The notes: generated from the letters alone by a model not told the origin. A DNA stretch of 64,000 bases from an uncultured Dehalococcoidia bacterium (GCA_903916765.1 CAIWXV010000138.1:14453-78452), one strand, 5' to 3'; shown: positions 50,303-59,602, counted from the first letter of the stretch. Numbers and translations are program-made.

Positions 50303-50560
50303 ATGGAAGACCAGATTATGAACATCAGGCTCACAGCAATTGAGACTCGCTTAGCCGCGATCGAAGGCAGGCTGGTAGAGCCGAGTCGGAGACGGAAAGA
50401 ACTGACGCCAGATCAGAGGGTGGCTATCCGGCAAAGGCTGGTTGCTGGCCAGGAGAGGAAGCGGAAAGAACGCGAAGTCTCGGTGGCAGCGGAAGTGAAG
50501 AAGGCCACTAAGAATGAAAAGAAGGGGGCCAAGAATGGGACATCTGAGGCAGCGAACTAA
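50303..50560 (+). CDS. Small basic coiled-coil protein of the element (possible Xis/DNA-binding factor)
   Basis: GGGAGG lies 6 nt upstream of the ATG. 85 aa with IRLTAIETRLAAIEGRL heptads and a Lys/Glu-rich tail. Overlaps the int start. Confidence 0.5.
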   Translation: MEDQIMNIRLTAIETRLAAIEGRLVEPSRRRKELTPDQRVAIRQRLVAGQERKRKEREVSVAAEVKKATKNEKKGAKNGTSEAAN

Positions 50561-51683
50561 AGGCAGTTGGCAGATCACGATCCACCAGGGCTATCTGGAC
50601 GGCAAGCCTGTGCGCTTCCACGAGACGATGAAAGGCAGCAAGGACATGGCCATTAAGCGCATGAGAGAGCTCGAATATGGAGCAGATCACGGAGTGCCGA
50701 TGCCTTCCGGTGAGATCACCGTGCAAGCCTATCTCAATAGCTGGCTAGATGGCTATGTGAAAGTGGCATGCTGCCAGCGGACATATGACGGATATGCGAC
50801 CATCATCAAGAACCACCTGATCCCCAACCTGGGCCATATCCTTCTGCGCAAGCTCCAGGCTGAAACGATCGAGAAGTACTATGGGAAGGCGTGCGAAAAG
50901 CTGGCAGGCAGAAGTGTCCAACACCAGCACCGAGTGCTCTCGGAAGCCCTCAAAGCTGCCGTGCGGAAGGGTCATATCGGTCGCAATCCCTGTGATCTTG
51001 CATCTACTCCGTCTCCTGGAAAGCGGACGATGCGCACCCTGACCATAGCGGAAGTCCAGACGATGCTCGAGGTCGCAGTGAGCACACCCTACTATCCGAT
51101 CATATATACGGCAGTGTCCACAGGATTGAGGCAGGCCGAACTGCTGGGCCTCCGTTGGCGTGATATCGATATGGACAGCCAAAGCCTGAGCGTGAGCCAG
51201 GTGCTCTATAAGCGCAAAGGCGTTTGCATATTCAAGCAGCCGAAGACCAGCGGCTCCAGCCGGAGAGTGGAATTGACTCCGAAACTGGCCCTGTTCCTGA
51301 AAGGATATAGGACACAGATTGAGGTGACGTTTCTGGAAAGGGACAGAGTCCTCGGCCTTGACAGCCTGGTGTTTGCTCACGATGATGGAACCCCACTCGA
51401 TCCTTGTACAGTCACTCATAATTTTGCTAGAATAGTGAGGCGAGCAGGCCTCGGTAAAGTGCGCTTTCACGATCTACGTCACACATTTGCCAGTATTATG
51501 TTGATGAAAGGTGCTCCTGCCAAGGTCATCTCAGAGTGTTTGGGCCATGCGAGTGTGGCTTTTACTATGGATACCTACAGCCATCTCCTGGGAGGGATGC
51601 AGAAGGACTCCATGAAGCTGCTCGATGAGGCCCTACCGTCAGCCGTTACGCCGACGTCAAATGGACGTCAAGGGACTGGGTGA
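50535..51683 (+). CDS. int: Tyrosine recombinase / phage-type integrase
   Basis: MGHLRQRTKGSWQITI arm-binding-type N-terminus and catalytic LLGLRWRDIDM, RFHDLRHTFASIM and LGHASVAFTMDTYSHL. Confidence 0.9.
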   Translation: MGHLRQRTKGSWQITIHQGYLDGKPVRFHETMKGSKDMAIKRMRELEYGADHGVPMPSGEITVQAYLNSWLDGYVKVACCQRTYDGYATIIKNHLIPNLGHILLRKLQAETIEKYYGKACEKLAGRSVQHQHRVLSEALKAAVRKGHIGRNPCDLASTPSPGKRTMRTLTIAEVQTMLEVAVSTPYYPIIYTAVSTGLRQAELLGLRWRDIDMDSQSLSVSQVLYKRKGVCIFKQPKTSGSSRRVELTPKLALFLKGYRTQIEVTFLERDRVLGLDSLVFAHDDGTPLDPCTVTHNFARIVRRAGLGKVRFHDLRHTFASIMLMKGAPAKVISECLGHASVAFTMDTYSHLLGGMQKDSMKLLDEALPSAVTPTSNGRQGTG

Positions 51684-51705
51684 CGGCCTAGTTCCGAGAT
51701 CGCTT

Positions 51706-51782
51706 GCCCCAGTAGCTCAGGTGGATAGAGCAGCGGTTTCCTAAACCGCGTGTCGGGCGTTCGAGTCGCCCCTGGGGTACCA
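51706..51782 (+). tRNA. tRNA-Arg (anticodon CCT), CCA encoded
   Basis: Manual cloverleaf: acceptor GCCCCAG/CTGGGGT (G1-U72 wobble), D arm GCTC/GAGC, anticodon stem GCGGT/ACCGC, loop TTCCTAA, T arm GGGCG-TTCGAGT-CGCCC, discriminator A, CCA. Confidence 0.9.
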
Positions 51783-51791
51783 GTTTTTAGC

Positions 51792-52940
51792 TCACTCTTT
51801 TATTTTCAGAAAGTCATGGGCTTTTCCCAGCCATTCCGGAATTTCAATTTTCTGAGGGCACTTCTCTGCGCATTTCTTGCACTTCTTACAGTTGTCGGCA
51901 CGCTGTTCTTTCTTGAGGAGATAAGGGCTATTGTACCTGTCACGGGATAGTTGAGGGGAATTATAGCTGACGGCTTCGTTATAAAGCTCGAAGATTTGCG
52001 GGATTGCTACGCCGTTAGGGCAGGGCAGACAGTATTTACAGCCGGTACAGGGTATCGGAATTAGCGAGCGGTATGCATCCCTTGCCTCTCCGATCAGCGC
52101 CAGTTCATCAGGCATCAACTTATTCGGTAGAGCGTTGTCGGCAACGGAAACATTTTCTTCTACCTGCTCGATGGTGCTCATTCCACTGAGGACAACCGAT
52201 ACTTCAGGATGGTTCCAGACCCACCGCAGTGCCCATTCTGCTGGTGTACGCCTGTGTGCGGCGGTCGTCCATAATCTTGCTACCTGTCTTGGCGGCCTGG
52301 CAAGATATCCGCCTTTGACCGGTTCCATTATTACTACCGCCAGGCCTTTCTCATGGGCGTATTTTAATCCCTTTGTGCCTGCCTGAAAGTCCTCGTCTAT
52401 GTAGTTGTACTGAATCTGGCTGAAAGTCCAGTTATCGTAGTAATCGACTATTTCCTTGAAGACAGAGAGCTTATCGTGGAATGAAAAACCCAGATTGCCG
52501 ATGCGTCCGTCGGCCATGGCGTCCTCTGCCCATTTCAGGATGTTATAACCGCATAATTTTTTCCAGATTCCTTTATCCAGTCCGTGCAGGAGGTAGAAAT
52601 CGATTTTGTCGGTTTGCAGTCGAGTCAACTGTGTGTTCAGGAACTTGTCACAAGATTGGAGTGAATCGACGCGCCATGTCGGTAATTTGGTGGCGATTCT
52701 CACCTTTTCGCGGTAGCCGTCTGCGAGTGCTTGCCTGACGACAACTTCGCTTTTGCCGTTATGATAAACGTATGCTGTATCAATATAATTGACACCGTGG
52801 TCGATGGCGTAGCGTATCATCCGTATCGCTTCGGGCTCGTCGATATTTGCCATGTTGTTGTTCAGGATGGGCAGTCGCATTGCCCCGAAGCCCAGCGCCG
52901 AAACTTTCCAATCTAATTTGCCAAACTTGCGATACTGCAT
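51792..52940 (-). CDS. Aldo/keto reductase with C-terminal Fe-S cluster domain
   Basis: AKR barrel (GFGAMRLP..., YIDTAYVYHNGKSE) plus CTGCKYCLPCPNGV and CKKCKKCAEKCPQ. Confidence 0.85.
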   Translation of the reverse strand: MQYRKFGKLDWKVSALGFGAMRLPILNNNMANIDEPEAIRMIRYAIDHGVNYIDTAYVYHNGKSEVVVRQALADGYREKVRIATKLPTWRVDSLQSCDKFLNTQLTRLQTDKIDFYLLHGLDKGIWKKLCGYNILKWAEDAMADGRIGNLGFSFHDKLSVFKEIVDYYDNWTFSQIQYNYIDEDFQAGTKGLKYAHEKGLAVVIMEPVKGGYLARPPRQVARLWTTAAHRRTPAEWALRWVWNHPEVSVVLSGMSTIEQVEENVSVADNALPNKLMPDELALIGEARDAYRSLIPIPCTGCKYCLPCPNGVAIPQIFELYNEAVSYNSPQLSRDRYNSPYLLKKEQRADNCKKCKKCAEKCPQKIEIPEWLGKAHDFLKIKE

Positions 52941-53169
52941 AGTCTTTACGAGTTCCGCCTTATGTATATCTTTGTGCCTGCCAATTAGAAAAAATGAAGT
53001 ATCTGGCTCATTCTAGAACATTTTATAAGAAAATTGCAATTCCTTATGTGATTTGAGTGTATGCTTAGTTATGCTATAAATCACATCTTCCGGATTACGT
53101 GGCGAAGTATGATGTACTTGTCGCGTAGTGTAGAATAATAGTAGCGTTGCAGATACTTGGGGGTATTTT

Positions 53170-55419
53170 GTGGCTACCCAAAAAACTACTTATCCGGTAG
53201 GCGGTATGACCTGTGCTTCCTGTGTTGTCCATGTCGAGGAAGCATTGAAAAGTGTCCCCGGCGTTGTCTCAGTCAATGTCAACCTTGCTTCCGAAAAAGC
53301 CACTGTGGAATATCAGGCGGATACCGATTATGCCGACCTCAAAAAGGCAGTCGAAGAAGTCGGCTATGAGTTAGGCAAGGAAGCTAAGCCGATGGAGGAT
53401 GTCAGTGAGACGTCCCAGCGTGAAGTTCGCAAAGTCAGGAACTGGTTCATCATTGCGGCAATTCTCACAGTCCCGATTCTTGTCATGATGTTTGTCCACG
53501 AGTTTACAGGGATGAAATACCTGCTCTGGGCACTGGCGACTCCGGTGCAGTTCTGGGCAGGCTGGCGTTTTTATAAAGGTGCCTGGGGTGCTCTCAAACA
53601 CCGCACTACGGATATGAACACACTGATTGCCGTCGGCTCTTCCGCTGCCTATTTTTACAGCGTGGTGGCGGTTCTTTTTCCCAATATATTTACCGCCGGA
53701 GGACTGACAGCCCACGTCTATTTCGACACCTCTGCTGCTATCGTTACCCTTATTTTGCTGGGGCGTTTTCTGGAAGCCAGAGCGAAAGGGCAAACCTCCG
53801 AAGCTATCAAAAAGCTCATCGGCATGCAACCGAAGACGGCTATCGTCGTCCGTAATGGTCAGGAGCAGATGATTCCTATCGAAGATGTGCAGGTCGGTGA
53901 CCTCATTCTGGTCAAGCCCGGCGAGCGCGTGCCGGTGGATGGCATCCTGCGGGAAGGATATTCGAGCCTCGATGAATCGATGATTACCGGCGAAAGTATC
54001 CCCATCGAGAAAAAAGTCGGTGATGAAGTAATCGGTGCAACCATTAATAAAACCGGCAGTTTCAGGTTCGAAGCAACCAAGGTCGGTAAAGATACCACAT
54101 TGGCACGTATTGTCAGGCTTGTGGAAGAAGCGCAGGGGAGCAAAGCGCCGGTGCAAAGGTTAGCCGATGTTATTGCCAGCTATTTTGTTCCTATCGTTAT
54201 CGGGATTGCTGTCGCAACTTTTCTGGTCTGGTTCTTTGCCGGACCATCTCCGTCATTGACTTATGCCTTCCTCAATTTTGTAGCAGTCCTGGTAATTGCC
54301 TGCCCCTGTGCTCTTGGATTAGCGACACCGACGGCAATTATCGTCGGCACCGGTAAAGGTGCAGAGCAGGGCATTCTCATCCGCAGCGCCGAAGCTCTGG
54401 AACGCGCTCACAAAATCAATGCCGTGTTACTGGATAAAACAGGAACTTTAACGCAAGGGAAACCTTCGGTCACCGATGTTATTGCTATGGCGACATACTC
54501 GAAGGAAAAAGTGCTTCGCCTGGCGGCTTCTGCCGAAAAAAACTCGGAGCACCCGCTGGCAGAAGCAATTGTCAGGGCTACCGCAGAGAAGGGATTGGAA
54601 TTACTGCCAGTTTCGGATTTTAATGCTATTCCCGGACTCGGAGTGGAAGCTACGGTAGACAGGAAAAAGCTCTTGCTGGGCAATTTGAAACTGATGCAGA
54701 GCCGTAATTTGTCTCTTGACGGAACCCTTAATGAACAGGCAAACGGCTTATGGACGCAGGGTAAGACGGTAATGTTCCTCGGTATCGATGGTCAGGTAGC
54801 CGGATTAATCGCTCTTGCCGATACCATTAAGCCCGATGCCATCGACACTGTTCGTCGGTTGCACAAGATGGGGATGGAAGTAGCGATGCTCACTGGCGAT
54901 AACCACCGTACCGCCGAGGCGATTGCCAAACAAGTGGGTATCGACCGTGTTTTTGCCGAGGTGCTTCCGGAACATAAAGCCGATGAGGTGAAGAAACTCC
55001 GTAGCGAAGGAAAAGTGGTGGCGATGGTGGGCGACGGTATCAACGACGCTCCTGCATTAGCTCAGGCGGATGTGGGTATCGCTGTCGGTACGGGTACGGA
55101 TGTAGCGATGGAAACCGGAGATATTACTCTCATCCGCGGTGATTTGAGTAGTATCGTTACGGCTATTTCACTGAGCAAACGCACGATGAGAACCATCAGA
55201 CAAAACCTTTTCTGGGCTTTTGCTTACAATACCATCCTGATTCCGGTAGCGGCGGGTGTTCTCTATCTTGCCTTCGGACATAGCGGTGTGCCGTCAGGTT
55301 TGCAATTCATTCTTGGCGAACACGGCTTTTTGAATCCCATACTGGCAGCGGCGGCAATGGCATTGAGTTCTGTTACCGTGGTGATGAATTCTTTGCGATT
55401 AAGAACATTCAAACCGTAG
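53170..55419 (+). CDS. copA: Copper-translocating P1B-type ATPase
   Basis: GTG start. [33 protein letters not shown] and [12 protein letters not shown]. Confidence 0.95.
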   Translation: MATQKTTYPVGGMTCASCVVHVEEALKSVPGVVSVNVNLASEKATVEYQADTDYADLKKAVEEVGYELGKEAKPMEDVSETSQREVRKVRNWFIIAAILTVPILVMMFVHEFTGMKYLLWALATPVQFWAGWRFYKGAWGALKHRTTDMNTLIAVGSSAAYFYSVVAVLFPNIFTAGGLTAHVYFDTSAAIVTLILLGRFLEARAKGQTSEAIKKLIGMQPKTAIVVRNGQEQMIPIEDVQVGDLILVKPGERVPVDGILREGYSSLDESMITGESIPIEKKVGDEVIGATINKTGSFRFEATKVGKDTTLARIVRLVEEAQGSKAPVQRLADVIASYFVPIVIGIAVATFLVWFFAGPSPSLTYAFLNFVAVLVIACPCALGLATPTAIIVGTGKGAEQGILIRSAEALERAHKINAVLLDKTGTLTQGKPSVTDVIAMATYSKEKVLRLAASAEKNSEHPLAEAIVRATAEKGLELLPVSDFNAIPGLGVEATVDRKKLLLGNLKLMQSRNLSLDGTLNEQANGLWTQGKTVMFLGIDGQVAGLIALADTIKPDAIDTVRRLHKMGMEVAMLTGDNHRTAEAIAKQVGIDRVFAEVLPEHKADEVKKLRSEGKVVAMVGDGINDAPALAQADVGIAVGTGTDVAMETGDITLIRGDLSSIVTAISLSKRTMRTIRQNLFWAFAYNTILIPVAAGVLYLAFGHSGVPSGLQFILGEHGFLNPILAAAAMALSSVTVVMNSLRLRTFKP

Positions 55420-55440
55420 GGTCGGGTTTAAAACCCGACC
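55420..55440 (+). terminator. GGGTTT-AAACCC palindromic hairpin after copA
   Basis: ggtcggg-tttaaaa-cccgacc is a 7-bp stem. The T-rich tract starts ~10 nt later. Confidence 0.45.
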
Positions 55441-55475
55441 GCTCTTAAATTTTTATCTTTTCAAGGAGGCATAAA

Positions 55476-55625
55476 ATGGCTATCGACCCGGTTTGTAAAA
55501 TGACGGTTGATGAAAAGAAAGCTCCGGCAATTTCCGATTACAACGGCAAGAGATATTATTTCTGTGCAAAGGGTTGTAAAATAGCTTTCGACAAAAATCC
55601 GGAGAAATATCTGGCGCAGAAATAA
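55476..55625 (+). CDS. YHS/TRASH-domain small metal-binding protein (49 aa)
   Basis: Not in the ORF track. AAGGAGG lies 6 nt upstream. MAIDPVCKMTVDEKKAPAISDYNGKRYYFCAKGCKIAFDKNPEKYLAQK. Confidence 0.8.
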   Translation: MAIDPVCKMTVDEKKAPAISDYNGKRYYFCAKGCKIAFDKNPEKYLAQK

Positions 55626-55632
55626 ATTATGA

Positions 55633-56544
55633 TTATTTCGCCAGTCTTTGCAAATAACGGTGTGCCTGAAGAGCGCCTTTAGCACCCTCACCCGCCGCAA
55701 TCACAATCTGCTTTTCGGGTACGGTGGTGACATCACCCGCGGCAAATAATCCGGGTATTTCCGTTTCACAGGAGCAATTGACAGGTACTTCACCATGCTG
55801 ATTGAGCTTCACTAAACCCTTGACCATATCGGAATTGGGTGATAGTCCAACCTCGATAAATATTCCGCTTACATCCAGTTTTTTGTGCTCTCCGGTCCGC
55901 AGGTCTTTTATAACGATGCCTTCGACAAGACCCTTACCTGAAATTTCCTCCGGCTGGTGCTCCAGAAAAACAGTCAGATTTTTGGTGCCGGACAGTTTTT
56001 CGATGAGAACAGGGTCGGCGGTGAGCGGCGTGATGGAAACCAGATTCACATGTTCGGCAATTTTTACCATATCCAGAGTGGCTTCGAGAGCGGAGTTACC
56101 GCCGCCGATGACGGCTACTTTCTGGCCTGCGAAGATAGGCCCATCACAAGTGGCGCAATAAGTAACGCCTCTGCCGGTTAATTCCGTTTCTCCGGGGATG
56201 TTCAAGTGTCTTGGCCTCTTTCCTGTTGCCAGAAGCACTGTTTTACCCTGGAATTTACCTGATTCGGTAATAATCTCGAATCCATTGTCTATTTTGGTAA
56301 TCCCCGTGACCTTCTGTCCGATTTTCCGGTCGATGGGAAATTGATCAACTTGGGCTTCGAATTTTGCGATAAGTTCCGCACCTTCAATGAATTGATAGCC
56401 CATGTAGTTTTCTATACCCATGGTCCAGTTTACTTGTCCGCCGATATCATTGGTGATAAGCAAGGTGCTTATGCGTTTACGCGCTGCATAAACAGCTGCT
56501 GTCAGTCCGGCGGGACCACCGCCAACGATTATCAAATCGTACAT
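55633..56544 (-). CDS. trxB: Thioredoxin-disulfide reductase family flavoprotein
   Basis: IIVGGGPAGLTAA, redox YCATCDGPIF and VIGGGNSALE. ATG 56544 is preceded by GGAGGT. Confidence 0.8.
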   Translation of the reverse strand: MYDLIIVGGGPAGLTAAVYAARKRISTLLITNDIGGQVNWTMGIENYMGYQFIEGAELIAKFEAQVDQFPIDRKIGQKVTGITKIDNGFEIITESGKFQGKTVLLATGKRPRHLNIPGETELTGRGVTYCATCDGPIFAGQKVAVIGGGNSALEATLDMVKIAEHVNLVSITPLTADPVLIEKLSGTKNLTVFLEHQPEEISGKGLVEGIVIKDLRTGEHKKLDVSGIFIEVGLSPNSDMVKGLVKLNQHGEVPVNCSCETEIPGLFAAGDVTTVPEKQIVIAAGEGAKGALQAHRYLQRLAK

Positions 56545-56567
56545 AACGACCTCCACAGGCTGAGGAA

Positions 56568-56810
56568 TTATTTTGCCAGCAATTCGTCAATTCTTGCCTG
56601 GTTGAAGCCGATTACAACATCCTGCCCGATTACAATGACCGGGACTCCCATCTGCCCTGATTTCTGAATCATTTCCTGGGCTTTTGCTTTATCGCTGGCA
56701 ACATCGTATTTCGTATAGGAGACACCTTTATGCGAAAGATATTCTTCCGCCCGATGACACCACGGACAGGTAGGGGTGCTATAGATTGTGATATTTTTCT
56801 GTTCGGGCAT
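56568..56810 (-). CDS. Glutaredoxin/NrdH-like small redoxin
   Basis: YSTPTCPWCHRA and GVPVIVIG. ATG 56810 is preceded by GGAGGT. Confidence 0.85.
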   Translation of the reverse strand: MPEQKNITIYSTPTCPWCHRAEEYLSHKGVSYTKYDVASDKAKAQEMIQKSGQMGVPVIVIGQDVVIGFNQARIDELLAK

Positions 56811-56877
56811 TTTTGACCTCCGGTCATGATTTAAATTCATATATCAGATAAATATATCTTAATAGAATTATTTTTGA

Positions 56878-56893
56878 TGTGATTATTATCACT
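56878..56893 (-). promoter_or_regulatory. CRP/FNR-type palindrome upstream of grx-trxB
   Basis: TGTGA-ttatta-TCACt matches 9/10 of TGTGA-N6-TCACA. About 68 nt upstream of ATG 56810, in AT-rich DNA. Confidence 0.3.
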
Positions 56894-56943
56894 CTAACCC
56901 TCATGCTTTTGTTAAGTTGCAAAAGCTGTGCATTGGCTCAAAC

Positions 56944-59517
56944 CTAATTCAAACTGATAGTTGACCCATCGGCGGTCTTTATCACATCGATTCTTGCAGG
57001 GAAAGCGTCTCTAAGTTCCTCGACGTGAGTGATGACCAGTATCTTTTCGAAATCATCCTGAATGGAGTTGATGGCTTCTCTTAGTTTTTCGATACCTGCC
57101 GCGTCCTGTGTGCCGAAGCCTTCGTCGATGATGAGTGTCGGTAATGGTGCCCCAGCCCTTCTGGCAAGCAATCGTGACAGGGCAATCCGTATCGCAAAAT
57201 TGATGCGGAAAGCTTCTCCACCGCTGAACATTTCATAGTTTCGTGTACCCAGCTCATCAGATATTTTAATGTCCAGAGTTTCGACAACGTCGCCTTTCTG
57301 CGTTTCCTTCTGACTTTCAATCTTGACGTGCATTCGATTGTCTGTCATCCGTGCCAGCAGACGATTGGCTTCGGTTTCTATTTCGGGTAAGGCGGTTTCA
57401 ATCAATAATGCCTGTATCCCTTTTTTTCCGAAAGCTTCTGCCAGTTCCCGGTAGATTGCCCCTTCTTTCGCCGACAGATTGAATTGTTCTTCTTTTTCCA
57501 GTTTCTCAGCTCCACGCCGGGCGAAATATTCCAGCTTACCTCTAATACTGCCGATGATTTCCTGGGCTTGTTTTTGCTGAGCGGCAAGGCGCTTAAACTC
57601 TGATTCTGCTTGTGTCAGGTCGCTAGAAACTTGCGGCAATACGACTATTTTATATGCTAATTCCTGTCTCGTTTGCTCATCTGTTTTTAACCCGGTTTTC
57701 AATTCGGAAACGGCATTTTCAGACCTGGCGATATCATTTTTCTCCTGATTGATGAGCCTCTCCGCCTCTTCTAATCTGCGTTCTGAAGATTCGTATTTTT
57801 GCAGGCTGTCGAGTTGTTGCCGAACCTGTTCGTGTTTCTGCGGGTCATAATTTATGCCAGCCAACTCGGATTCAATTTGTTTCAATGCTTCCTGTTGAGG
57901 TAGGGCAAAATCTTTACCCGCCAGTCTTTCCTCGATTTGCTTTACCCTGACCAGTCCTTCTTTGAGATGATTACCCGCCTGCTCAGCGCCGGCGATTTCA
58001 TTTTCCAGTATTGTTGCCTGTTTTTGCGCCTGCTCCTTTTCTTTGGAGAGGCTTTTCTCGAGGTGAGAGAGTTCCTCCTCCATTACCTTCAGTTCGGCAT
58101 TCTTTTTGGTAATGTCTGTCAGATTGGTTTTCAATAATTCCGATTTGCCCTGTTTTTCCGAATCGTAATGTTTCTCGATATGTTTCAATCCGTTAGTACC
58201 CAGTTCGGTATCGCAGACGGGGCATTTAGCCGCATTCGGTTGTGCAAGCAGCAAGTTCAATTTCTCTTCTATCTCGCTAATCTCCTTTTCCAACCTTTCT
58301 TTGTTCGATTCTGCACTCCGTATCTGGGTCAGAATTTCCTGACGGGTCTCTTTCCTGTGGCGCAAACCCTCTTCTTCTGTATTGAGGCGCTGTAGCTGGG
58401 ATTGTGTCTGCTTTAACCATTCTTTGAGTTTTGGTAACTCGCTAATGACCTTCTCCAGTTCGCCGACCTTACTTTGAATTACCGCGTGCTCTTTTGTCAG
58501 CGTCTGACTTTCCCGCTCGATGAACATTTCCAGTTCGTGCCGACACTGATTCAATTTGCTGACCAGTGTCAGATTTTTGTTCGAAATGTCGTTCAGGTTC
58601 TTAGCTTCTTCGAATTTCGCGTAGTTTGATTCAATCTCAGGGCGCTTACCGAGCAGCGCTTCATGTTCCGCAATTCTGGAGCGTAATTGTCCAATCTGCT
58701 CCTGCCATTGTGTCAGGGTTCCGGTTCTTTCTGTAATATTTTTCTCGAGTTGACTTAGTTGTGCCCGTTTGCCTTCCAGTAACTCTTTTTGCTTCCGTAA
58801 TGAGCCCAGTATTGTTTCTTGTTGTTTGCTTGTTTCCTCGACTTGCTCCAACCCGGTCTGCGCTTTTTGCAATTCCGCTTCACTGGCGGGTTTTTGTGCC
58901 AGTTCGGTGTCTATTCCCGATATAGCGGTAGCAAGCTGCTCCTTAAGCGTTTCGCGCTGTTTGGCAAGGTCTTTGGCTCGTGTTTCGAACTCATCGTAGT
59001 CGGTAAGCCCCAGTATATTTGCCAGTACCTGCTTGCGTTTCGCGGGGCTAGCAATAGTAAACTCATCGGCGCGTCCCTGTCGCAGATAGGCACTGTTTGT
59101 GAAAGTGTTATAATCCATATGCAAAATATCAATGATTCTCTGCTGGGTTTCTGACATCGTATTCCCGTCTATTGCTCTGAAGCCGTTGTCGTTTGCAATC
59201 TGAAAGTTGAGAGAGGATTGTCCCGAAGCCCCTCGTCTTTTAGGTCGTGAATGTTTGCGGATGATACGATAGTTCTGCCCGCCGACGGCGAACTCGAATT
59301 CCACCTCCATTTCATTTTGTCCTTGGTGGATAAGTTCGTCATCCCGTTTGGCACGGGTTTCGCCCCACAATGCCCAGGTCATTGCATCAATGATAGCCGA
59401 CTTGCCGTTACCGTTATTGCCGCAAATACTGACCGTATGTATGCCGGTGAAGTCGAGTACGGGCACATTATCCTGGTAGGGCATAAAATTTTGCATTGCC
59501 AACTTGATTGGAATCAT
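56944..59517 (-). CDS. sbcC: SbcC/Rad50-family SMC-like ATPase
   Basis: 857 aa. Walker A ICGNNGNGKSAIIDA, long coiled coils with a central zinc hook CPVCDTEL, signature MFSGGEAFRINFAIR and Walker B TLIIDEGFG. Confidence 0.85.
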   Translation of the reverse strand: MIPIKLAMQNFMPYQDNVPVLDFTGIHTVSICGNNGNGKSAIIDAMTWALWGETRAKRDDELIHQGQNEMEVEFEFAVGGQNYRIIRKHSRPKRRGASGQSSLNFQIANDNGFRAIDGNTMSETQQRIIDILHMDYNTFTNSAYLRQGRADEFTIASPAKRKQVLANILGLTDYDEFETRAKDLAKQRETLKEQLATAISGIDTELAQKPASEAELQKAQTGLEQVEETSKQQETILGSLRKQKELLEGKRAQLSQLEKNITERTGTLTQWQEQIGQLRSRIAEHEALLGKRPEIESNYAKFEEAKNLNDISNKNLTLVSKLNQCRHELEMFIERESQTLTKEHAVIQSKVGELEKVISELPKLKEWLKQTQSQLQRLNTEEEGLRHRKETRQEILTQIRSAESNKERLEKEISEIEEKLNLLLAQPNAAKCPVCDTELGTNGLKHIEKHYDSEKQGKSELLKTNLTDITKKNAELKVMEEELSHLEKSLSKEKEQAQKQATILENEIAGAEQAGNHLKEGLVRVKQIEERLAGKDFALPQQEALKQIESELAGINYDPQKHEQVRQQLDSLQKYESSERRLEEAERLINQEKNDIARSENAVSELKTGLKTDEQTRQELAYKIVVLPQVSSDLTQAESEFKRLAAQQKQAQEIIGSIRGKLEYFARRGAEKLEKEEQFNLSAKEGAIYRELAEAFGKKGIQALLIETALPEIETEANRLLARMTDNRMHVKIESQKETQKGDVVETLDIKISDELGTRNYEMFSGGEAFRINFAIRIALSRLLARRAGAPLPTLIIDEGFGTQDAAGIEKLREAINSIQDDFEKILVITHVEELRDAFPARIDVIKTADGSTISLN

Positions 59518-59545
59518 ATCGGCTTATTTTAACACAGACAGCTGA

Positions 59546-59574
59546 TTGACAAATAGCTGAGAAAACCGTAATAT
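59546..59574 (+). promoter_or_regulatory. Near-consensus sigma-70 promoter
   Basis: TTGACA-17 nt-TAATAT, 44 nt upstream of GTG 59618. Confidence 0.6.
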
Positions 59575-59602
59575 CTAATTTCTAAACTCTAAGTCGTTAA
59601 AT

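Larger units (their letters stand above)
49663..51744 (+). mobile_element. Minimal tyrosine-integrase integrative element inserted at tRNA-Arg(CCT)
   Basis: Direct repeats start 2043 bp apart. The interior holds the integrase, small ORFs and ~0.6 kb non-coding DNA. Visibly higher G+C than the flanks. Confidence 0.75.

Noticed and set aside
50745-51470. 241-aa ORF antisense to the integrase
   Set aside because: It is a typical long shadow ORF in GC-richer DNA. The integrase strand carries all catalytic motifs.
52941-53169. Search for a CopY cop-box (TACAnnTGTA) or an adjacent copper regulator upstream of copA
   Set aside because: No such motif and no regulator gene was found. Only the 9-bp inverted repeat reported separately is present.
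53371-54156. 261-aa ORF antisense to copA, plus the 94-aa ORF 53859-54143
   Set aside because: Shadow ORFs inside a highly conserved P-type ATPase gene.
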